Below, one piece after another: positions 56,666-64,000 of a stretch of 64,000 nucleotides of DNA. How positions within the stretch are numbered: the stretch's first letter is position 1; every line of letters begins with the position of its first letter. Location: assembly GCF_041248615.1 (NCBI RefSeq), contig NZ_CP158426.1; one strand, 5' to 3'. The notes beneath the pieces were generated by a model. That model searched no databases. It had not been told where the DNA came from and saw only the letters and a list, made by a program, of their open reading frames with translations. Source of the stretch: Escherichia coli (GTDB lineage: Bacteria; Pseudomonadota; Gammaproteobacteria; Enterobacterales; Enterobacteriaceae). Both the position numbers and the translations under genes were made by a program.

Positions 56666-57562
56666 ATGGACATTTTTATTTCGAAAAAGATGCGCAATTT
56701 CATTTTATTAGCGCAAACCAATAATATTGCCCGGGCGGCAGAAAAAATCCATATGACGGCTTCGCCATTTGGTAAAAGCATTGCCGCGCTGGAAGAACAA
56801 ATTGGCTATACGCTATTTACCCGCAAAGATAATAATATCAGCCTCAATAAAGCCGGACAGGAACTGTATCAAAAACTGTTCCCGGTTTATCAACGGCTTT
56901 CTGCGATTGATAATGAAATCCATAACTCAGGACGTCGTTCACGAGAAATTGTGATTGGCATAGATAATACTTATCCGACAATTATTTTCGATCAGTTGAT
57001 TAGTCTCGGAGATAAGTATGAAGGCGTGACCGCCCAGCCAGTTGAGTTCAGCGAAAACGGCGTTATCGATAATCTTTTTGACCGCCAGTTAGATTTTATT
57101 ATCTCCCCACAGCATGTATCTGCACGAGTTCAGGAACTGGAAAACCTGACTATCAGTGAACTACCACCGCTGCGATTAGGCTTTCTCGTTTCTCGCCGTT
57201 ATGAAGAGCGTCAAGAGCAAGAGCTGCTTCAGGAGCTGCCCTGGCTACAAATGCGCTTTCAGAACCGGGCCAACTTCGAAGCAATGATTGATGCGAATAT
57301 GCGACCTTGTGGGATCAATCCAACCATTATTTATCGTCCCTACAGTTTTATGGCCAAAATCAGCGCCGTGGAGCGCGGACATTTTCTGACGGTGATCCCG
57401 CATTTTGCCTGGCGACTGGTGAATCCGGCAACGCTGAAATATTTTGATGCACCGCACAGGCCGATGTATATGCAGGAATATCTTTATTCAATCAGAAATC
57501 ATCGTTATACCGCCACGATGCTTCAGCATATTGCTGAAGATCGTGACGGGACGAGTCATTAA
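56666..57562 (+). CDS. ygfI: LysR-family transcriptional regulator
   Basis: Start at MDIFISKKMRNFILLAQTNNIARAAEKIHMT (298 aa); 3' end overlaps scpC 3' end by 4 bp. Confidence 0.8.
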   Translation: MDIFISKKMRNFILLAQTNNIARAAEKIHMTASPFGKSIAALEEQIGYTLFTRKDNNISLNKAGQELYQKLFPVYQRLSAIDNEIHNSGRRSREIVIGIDNTYPTIIFDQLISLGDKYEGVTAQPVEFSENGVIDNLFDRQLDFIISPQHVSARVQELENLTISELPPLRLGFLVSRRYEERQEQELLQELPWLQMRFQNRANFEAMIDANMRPCGINPTIIYRPYSFMAKISAVERGHFLTVIPHFAWRLVNPATLKYFDAPHRPMYMQEYLYSIRNHRYTATMLQHIAEDRDGTSH

Positions 57563-59037
57563 CCCAGCATCGAGCCGGTTGCAATTAAATTACGGTGTAA
57601 GTCGAAGACGTGGCTAAGATCGTGGTGAATATGTCCGCCAGGCGCATTTTCCAGATAGCGATGCAGATAATCCCGATACATAGGATGTGCACAATTATCA
57701 ATGATAGTGCGGGCGCGTTGAAGCGGGGAAAGACCGCGCAGATCGGCGATCCCTTGTTCGGTGATGATCACTTTGACGCTGTGTTCGCTGTGATCAACAT
57801 GGCTGCACATTGGCACGACGGTTGAGATCTTGCCTTCTTTAGCAATCGACGGGGCCATAAAGATCGACAGATACGCGTTGCGTTCAAAATCACCGCTGCC
57901 GCCGATGCCGTTCATCAGATCGACCCCGGCTACGTGTGTTGAGTTGGCATGCCCGTAAATATCAAACTCCAGGCCGACGTTCAGAGCGATGACGCCCAGA
58001 CGACGGATGATTTCCGGGTTATTGGAAATCTCCTGCGGACGCAACACAATGCGGCTGGCAAAGTAATCCATATTGTCGTAAATCTTGCGCAGGGAATCGG
58101 CCGAGATTGTCAGGCTGGAGGCGCTGGCCCCGCTGATTTTGCCGGTTTCCAGTAAATGCACCACCGATTCCTGTAGCACTTCCGAATACATCATAAACGG
58201 AGGAATTACCGGGTTTTCCCCCAGACGCGCCATTACCGCATTATTGATATTGCCCACGCCACTTTGCAGCGGCAGAAATTCCGGCGGAATACGCCCATGC
58301 GCCATTTCCTGCAATAAGAACGTGACCACGTTATCGGCAATCTGCTGGCACATGGGATTTTGCTTATCCAGCATATTACCGGCGTCGGGCAAGTTGGTTT
58401 CCACGACGGCGACAATCTTTTTCGGATCGATTTGCACATAGCGGGTACCGACGCGATCCATTGCATGGAAGATCGACACGCTATTGCGCCGCGGTGGCGC
58501 GCCAGGAATCACAATATCCGCCAGTTCTGCAACGCGCGGATCGTGATAGTGATTGAGTTCAATGATCACTTTCTTCGCCCGCAGCAGCCAGGTCGGCGCA
58601 TTACCGATCCCGCTGGTTAACCAGACTCGACCATCCGGTGCCAGTGCCGATGCTTCAATGACGGCAACATCAATGTCGCCGAAGAAACCGTAATTGACCA
58701 TTTGCGCCACTTCGCTCAAATGCAGGTCAACGAAACTCACCGCGCCCTGATTGATCTTTTTACGTAAACCGGACGATGTTTGATATGGCGCACGCCAGGA
58801 AACAGCATCGGCGTCAGAAAGTACATCGTCAGCGGCGGCGCTGATTGACGCACCCGTCAGAAGGCGAATTTGATACGGCTTTTTGGCCTCATGCTGTTCG
58901 TTAGCTCTGCGGGCAATCGCGGTGGGTAGGGCTTTCGGCGAACCCGCCGGGGTAAAGCCGCTAAATGCCACCATGTCGTTATGCTGGATAATTTCTGCCG
59001 CTTCATTGGCGGTCATCCTTGTCCACTGAGTTTCCAT
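57559..59037 (-). CDS. scpC: propionyl-CoA:succinate CoA transferase
   Basis: 492-aa ORF METQWTRMTANEAAEIIQHNDMV... Confidence 0.9.
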   Translation of the reverse strand: METQWTRMTANEAAEIIQHNDMVAFSGFTPAGSPKALPTAIARRANEQHEAKKPYQIRLLTGASISAAADDVLSDADAVSWRAPYQTSSGLRKKINQGAVSFVDLHLSEVAQMVNYGFFGDIDVAVIEASALAPDGRVWLTSGIGNAPTWLLRAKKVIIELNHYHDPRVAELADIVIPGAPPRRNSVSIFHAMDRVGTRYVQIDPKKIVAVVETNLPDAGNMLDKQNPMCQQIADNVVTFLLQEMAHGRIPPEFLPLQSGVGNINNAVMARLGENPVIPPFMMYSEVLQESVVHLLETGKISGASASSLTISADSLRKIYDNMDYFASRIVLRPQEISNNPEIIRRLGVIALNVGLEFDIYGHANSTHVAGVDLMNGIGGSGDFERNAYLSIFMAPSIAKEGKISTVVPMCSHVDHSEHSVKVIITEQGIADLRGLSPLQRARTIIDNCAHPMYRDYLHRYLENAPGGHIHHDLSHVFDLHRNLIATGSMLG

Positions 59038-59060
59038 TTTTACTCCTTCGTTCGCAGGGA

Positions 59061-59846
59061 TTAATGACCAACGAAATTAGGTTTACGTTTTTCGAGGAAA
59101 GCGTTCATCCCTTCCTGGTAATCTTCGCTGTCATACACCGCGCGGCGCATCCCCTGAATACGTTCAAATTCATCGGAGTTCATGGTGTGTGCTTCGCCCA
59201 GTACACGCAGCTCTTCTTTGATAACGGCAATGGCTAACGGCGCTTTCTCAGAGATGTGGTGCGCCATTTGTAAGGTGAAATCTTCCAGTTCTTCCACTTC
59301 CACAACATGGTTGAGGATGCCGACAGCCAGCGCGCGCTGGGCGGTGATTGGCGAAGCGGTAAAAATCAGCTCTTTGACAATGTGGAAGCCCGCGTCGCGG
59401 GTCAGGTTGTGAATGCCGACCAGGTTATACGGGACGCCGAGGTTTACAGGCGTCATTGAGAAGGTTGAGGTACTGGCGGCGATGATCAGATCGGAACTCA
59501 TGATCATTTCAAATGCGCCACCCCAAACACTACCTTCCACCATCGAAATGATCGGTTTCGGGAATTTTTGGATCATGCGGGTGATTTGACGCAATGGATC
59601 ATCATAGGAGAGCGGATCGCGACCGCCAGACGGCAGTTCGTGAATATCGTGACCTGCGGAGAAGACTTTGGATCCACTCGGTGCGCGCAAAATGATACAG
59701 CGAATTTCCGGCCGGTTGAGATCGCTTAACGCCTGCATAAGATCATCAATAAAGACTTTACTTAAGGCATTAAGTTTTCGGCCATAGTTAAACTCAATGA
59801 CCGCCACTTTGTTGATAGTGACAACGTTAACATACTGATAAGACAT
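59061..59846 (-). CDS. scpB: methylmalonyl-CoA decarboxylase (crotonase fold)
   Basis: Start at MSYQYVNVVTINKVAVIEFNYG (261 aa). Confidence 0.9.
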   Translation of the reverse strand: MSYQYVNVVTINKVAVIEFNYGRKLNALSKVFIDDLMQALSDLNRPEIRCIILRAPSGSKVFSAGHDIHELPSGGRDPLSYDDPLRQITRMIQKFPKPIISMVEGSVWGGAFEMIMSSDLIIAASTSTFSMTPVNLGVPYNLVGIHNLTRDAGFHIVKELIFTASPITAQRALAVGILNHVVEVEELEDFTLQMAHHISEKAPLAIAVIKEELRVLGEAHTMNSDEFERIQGMRRAVYDSEDYQEGMNAFLEKRKPNFVGH

Positions 59847-59856
59847 AAAAATTCCT

Positions 59857-60852
59857 TTAATCAAAATATTGCGTCTGGATAAATTCACTGAGCTGCCGCA
59901 GGCCGGTGCGCGGTGAGAGCGTATTGTTTTTGACCGCTAAAAGCGTCTGGCGGTAATAGCGATCGAAATCTTCATTCGCGAACAGGTGATTCAGTACTTC
60001 TTCTTCGGTCTGCTTACGCAGCCATTCCACCGATTGTTGTTGCCGCACTTGTTGTAAACGACCACTGGCAGTTAGCGCGGTTTTGAAGTCGATGATGGCG
60101 TGCCAGATCTCATCGATTCCACGTTTTTCCAGTGCGCTACAAGTCAGAACCCGTGGCTGCCATTCGTCGTATTTACGTCGCAGAATATGCAGGGCACTCT
60201 CGTACATATGCCGGGCAATGGCGACATTGGTATGGTTATCGCCATCGTCTTTGTTGATAACGATCAGATCAGCCACTTCCATCAGCCCTTTTTTAATGCC
60301 CTGCAGATCATCGCCGCCACCGGCAATTTGCAACGAGATAAAACAGTCCACCATGCGGGCGACTTCTGTTTCCGACTGCCCGACGCCAACCGTTTCGACA
60401 ATCACTACGTCATAACCCGCTGCTTCGCATAACAGCATTAATTCCCGCGCTCGCTGACTGGCACCGCCCAGATGACCGGAGGATGGTACCGGGCGAATAA
60501 ACGCCGCTTCGGCACGCGCCAGGTCATTCATGCGGGTTTTATCCCCGAGAATGCTACCGCCAGTGACCGGGCTGCTGGGATCGACCGCAATAACCGCGAC
60601 CTTTAATCCCTCTCGAATCAACAACATGCCAAAGGCCTCAAGAAAGGTACTTTTCCCCGCGCCGGGGGTGCCGGTAACGCCCAGTCGCAGGGTGTTACCG
60701 CAGTACGGCATAATGGCATCAAGCAGCTGCGTACTTAGTGCCTGATGACGCGGGTGACGGCTTTCCACCAGCGTCATGGCCTGGGCGAGTGTGGCACGCT
60801 CACCCTGACGTAAGCGGCGAATACTTTCTGCCAGCGTGGCTTCATTAATCAT
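59857..60852 (-). CDS. argK: methylmalonyl-CoA mutase-associated GTPase (MeaB-like)
   Basis: 331-aa ORF with P-loop GTPGAGKST; overlaps scpA by 8 bp. Confidence 0.9.
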   Translation of the reverse strand: MINEATLAESIRRLRQGERATLAQAMTLVESRHPRHQALSTQLLDAIMPYCGNTLRLGVTGTPGAGKSTFLEAFGMLLIREGLKVAVIAVDPSSPVTGGSILGDKTRMNDLARAEAAFIRPVPSSGHLGGASQRARELMLLCEAAGYDVVIVETVGVGQSETEVARMVDCFISLQIAGGGDDLQGIKKGLMEVADLIVINKDDGDNHTNVAIARHMYESALHILRRKYDEWQPRVLTCSALEKRGIDEIWHAIIDFKTALTASGRLQQVRQQQSVEWLRKQTEEEVLNHLFANEDFDRYYRQTLLAVKNNTLSPRTGLRQLSEFIQTQYFD

Positions 60853-62989
60853 GATGCTGGCTTATCAGATTCAGTACGTCGCGCACACTGTCGAGCATAG
60901 GTGTACCTGGACCATAAATCGCCGCCACGCCGCGCTCTTGCAGGAAGGCGTAATCCTGCGGCGGAATGACGCCACCCGCGACCACGCAGATATCTTCGCG
61001 TCCCCATTTTTTCAGCGCTTCGACCAGTTCCGGGATCAGCGTTTTATGACCGGCAGCCAGTGAGGATGCGCCCACTACGTGAACGTCGTTTTCTACGGCC
61101 AGGCGGGCGATCTCTTCAGGTGTAGAGAACATCGGGCTTAAATCTACGTCGAAACCGAGATCGGAATAGGCGCTGGCGATCACTTTCGCGCCGCGATCGT
61201 GTCCATCCTGGCCCATCTTAGCGATCAGAATGCGCGGGCGACGACCATTGTCGGCAAGGAACTGCTCCGTTTGCGCAACAATGGCATCGAACTCGGAGGC
61301 CGATTTCTCAGACTGATGATAGCTTTGCGCAATCACGCCGGTAACACACTGGCTTGGCACCAGATAACGGTCGAAAGCGGCTTCCAGCGCATCGGAAATT
61401 TCACCCAGGGTGGCGCGAACGCGAGCGGCATTAACAGCGGCAGCCAGCAGGTTTTCGTTATGCTGTGCGGCGTGAGTCAGGGCGTTCAACGCGGCGGTTA
61501 CGGCGGCATCATCACGGGTGGCGCGAATGCGTTCCAGCGAAGCAATTTGCTCGTTACGCACCATCACGTTGTCGATCTCAAGTACATCGGTTTCGTCTTC
61601 GTGATCCAGTTTGTACTTGTTGACACCAACGATGACACGCTTGCCCTGGTCGATCAGCGACTGTTCGCGCGCTGAGGCCTCTTCGATCATTCGTTTTGGC
61701 AGACCTGCTTCGATCGCTTTCGCCATGCCACCGGCTTCGTCGATCTGTTGGATAATAGCTCTGGCTTGTTTGACGATTTGATCGGTCAGCGACTCAATGT
61801 AATAGGATCCGGCCAGTGGATCGACGGTGCGGCAGAGTTCTGATTCTTCCTGGATGATGATCTGGGTGTTGCGGGCAATGCGTGCTGAGAAATCGGTAGG
61901 CAAACCAAGCGCTTCGTCAAAGGCGTTGGTATGCAGTGACTGAGTACCGCCCAGCGTCGCAGCCAGCGCTTCAATGGTGGTGCGGATAACGTTGTTATAC
62001 GGATCCTGTTCAGTCAGGCTCCAGCCTGAGGTCTGGCAGTGGGTACGCAGCGCCAGTGATTTCGGGTCCTGTGCGCCAAATCCACTGACCGCTTCGCTCC
62101 ATAAATAACGTGCCGCACGCAACATGGCGACGTTCATAAACAGATCCATGCCGATGCCGAAGAAGAACGACAGGCGAGGAGCGAAGTCATCAATTTTCAG
62201 TCCGGCAGAGATTGCTGCTTTGATGTACTCAATCCCATCAGCGAGCGTAAATGCTACCTGCTGCACGCAGTTGGCACCCGCTTCACCCATGTGGTAACCG
62301 CTGATACTGATGGTATTAAATCGCGGCATGTTGCCGGAACACCAGGCGATGATGTCGGCGATAATGCGCATTGACGGTTTTGGTGGGTAAATATAGGTGT
62401 TGCGGCAGAGGTACTCTTTGAGAATATCGTTTTGAATGGTGCCGGTCAGTTTATCAGGTGTAACACCTTGCTCTTCTGCGGCGACGATATAAAACGCCAG
62501 TACTGGTAGCACTGCGCCATTCATGGTCATCGAAACCGACATTTTATCCAGCGGGATCTGGTCGAACAGGACTTTCATATCTTCCACGGTGTCGATAGCG
62601 ACGCCCGCTTTGCCGACGTCGCCCGCCACGCGCGGGTTATCGGAGTCGTAGCCACGGTGGGTGGCAAGGTCAAACGCAACGGAAAGACCTTTTTGCCCGG
62701 CGGCCAGGTTACGGCGATAAAAAGCGTTGGACTCTTTTGCTGTTGAAAAACCAGCATACTGACGGATGGTCCACGGTTGGGCGGTATACATAGTGGCACG
62801 CGGGCCACGAACGTAGGGCGGCAAACCAGGAAGGGTACCTGTCACCTCCAGATTATCGAGATCGGCTTCGGTATACAGCGGCTTGATGGCGATCCCTTCC
62901 GCGGTTTGATGAACCAGCGAGTCGACAGTTTTCTCCCGACGGCTCAATTCCTTGTTGGCAAGCTGTTGCCACTCCTGCACGTTAGACAT
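60845..62989 (-). CDS. scpA: methylmalonyl-CoA mutase
   Basis: Start at [25 protein letters not shown] (714 aa). Confidence 0.9.
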   Translation of the reverse strand: MSNVQEWQQLANKELSRREKTVDSLVHQTAEGIAIKPLYTEADLDNLEVTGTLPGLPPYVRGPRATMYTAQPWTIRQYAGFSTAKESNAFYRRNLAAGQKGLSVAFDLATHRGYDSDNPRVAGDVGKAGVAIDTVEDMKVLFDQIPLDKMSVSMTMNGAVLPVLAFYIVAAEEQGVTPDKLTGTIQNDILKEYLCRNTYIYPPKPSMRIIADIIAWCSGNMPRFNTISISGYHMGEAGANCVQQVAFTLADGIEYIKAAISAGLKIDDFAPRLSFFFGIGMDLFMNVAMLRAARYLWSEAVSGFGAQDPKSLALRTHCQTSGWSLTEQDPYNNVIRTTIEALAATLGGTQSLHTNAFDEALGLPTDFSARIARNTQIIIQEESELCRTVDPLAGSYYIESLTDQIVKQARAIIQQIDEAGGMAKAIEAGLPKRMIEEASAREQSLIDQGKRVIVGVNKYKLDHEDETDVLEIDNVMVRNEQIASLERIRATRDDAAVTAALNALTHAAQHNENLLAAAVNAARVRATLGEISDALEAAFDRYLVPSQCVTGVIAQSYHQSEKSASEFDAIVAQTEQFLADNGRRPRILIAKMGQDGHDRGAKVIASAYSDLGFDVDLSPMFSTPEEIARLAVENDVHVVGASSLAAGHKTLIPELVEALKKWGREDICVVAGGVIPPQDYAFLQERGVAAIYGPGTPMLDSVRDVLNLISQHHD

Positions 62990-63192
62990 TATTTGCTCCG
63001 TAAAACGCAATCAAAATGAGGGTATTTGCGCCTACGGTGAGCTTTTTACGTGGGTTTGTCGCCAGCAAAAAAAATGCATTCAGACGTCGTTTTTTGCCGC
63101 CTGAGATTTGTCTATTTTGTGATGTGATTCAAGGAATACAAAAAGAAGTGAGGACAACGCCTGATATGTGCTATCAGGCATTATTTGATGGA

Positions 63193-64000
63193 TTAATCCT
63201 GACGAAGGACTTTGTGACCATAATCGAGTAACGCATCAGTGACTTTACGCATCATGCGGCTTTCAGGAGCAAAGCGGTGCCAGTAGAGCATCCGTCGTTG
63301 AAATAGCCCAGGCGTTAAGTCAATCAGTTCACCGCTGGCCAGCTCTTTCTCGATTTGCAGGTGCGGGATCATACAGCAGGTGGTGCCCTGGCGAGCAAGT
63401 TGTACGAACGCTTCTGAAGAATTAACGATATGGCAGGGCACGCTGCCTGGAGGCAGATCGAAGTTTTGCTGCAAAAAGGCCTGGTGCATATCGTCAAGAT
63501 GGTCAAACGCGACCACTGGCGCTTTCAGTAATGCCGAACGCGTTACGCCGTTAGGGAAATATTTTTCGGCAAAGGGTTTTGAGCTGACGAACAGATAGTC
63601 GAGCGCACCAAGTTTATCGACAAGACAACTCGGCAGCGCCTGATGTTGAATACTCACCGCGCCGACCACTTCGCCGCGGCGCAGACGTTCCTGAGTGCGG
63701 GTTTCATCTTCTACCTGCAAGTTGAGGCGGATAGGCGAATCAGCCAACACAGGAGCCAGTGCAGGAAGCAACCACGTCGCCAGACTGTCGGCGTTGACCG
63801 CCAGTGAAAGCAGCAGCGGAGTCGAACCGGTTTGTTCATCGCCCAGCCACTCTTCTTCCAGCAACTCCACCTGGCGCAGCAGTGCCAGCAGTTTTTGCCC
63901 TTGTTCCGTCGGGCGCGGCGGTACGGTACGCACCAACAGCGGCTGCCCGAACATATTTTCCAGTTGCTTAATGCGCTGTGAGACGGCTGATTGTGTAATG
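63193..64000 (-). CDS. argP: LysR-family regulator ArgP/IciA, C-terminal part (5' end outside the window)
   Basis: Minus-strand frame open to the window edge; full gene would need about 894 nt from its stop at 63193. Confidence 0.85.

Overview
This window reads as Escherichia coli chromosome, collinear with the K-12 pheV-to-argP region in reverse orientation, with an ~11.7 kb decayed genomic island at its left end. Gene identities and K-12 comparisons are from memory of the protein sequences and gene order; no database search was run. The island (1..~11751) is anchored on tRNA-Phe (11752..11827, minus strand) with a P4-type integrase beside it. It is largely insertion-sequence wreckage: a 5'-truncated IS256-family transposase, an IS21-like fragment, an ISL3-family transposase split by an intact IS2 that carries a 140-bp tandem duplication of its own end, and two IS3-family copies, one with recognisable terminal inverted repeats. 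Between the IS256 and IS21-like remnants lies a ~3 kb cargo block of uncharacterised genes, which is the best candidate for something undescribed: an overlapping pair of paralogous Cys-rich zinc-ribbon-like proteins (1045..1856), a nested palindrome/direct-repeat element (2009..2063), a 188-aa hypothetical with terminator, and an AT-rich 233-aa orphan gene with its own promoter (3240..3941). I cannot assign a function to any of these. The remaining ~52 kb is ordinary core genome (yqgA, speC, nupG, mltC, mutY, ansB, gshB, galP, metK, speA, speB, tktA, the cmt and epd-pgk-fbaA operons, mscS, argO, the scpA-argK-scpB-scpC operon, partial argP). Two ~0.9 kb insertions relative to K-12 stand out in the core: a lipoprotein gene between speA and speB, and a solo SPFH/band-7 gene between tktA and cmtB. 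No CRISPR array or rRNA gene was seen.
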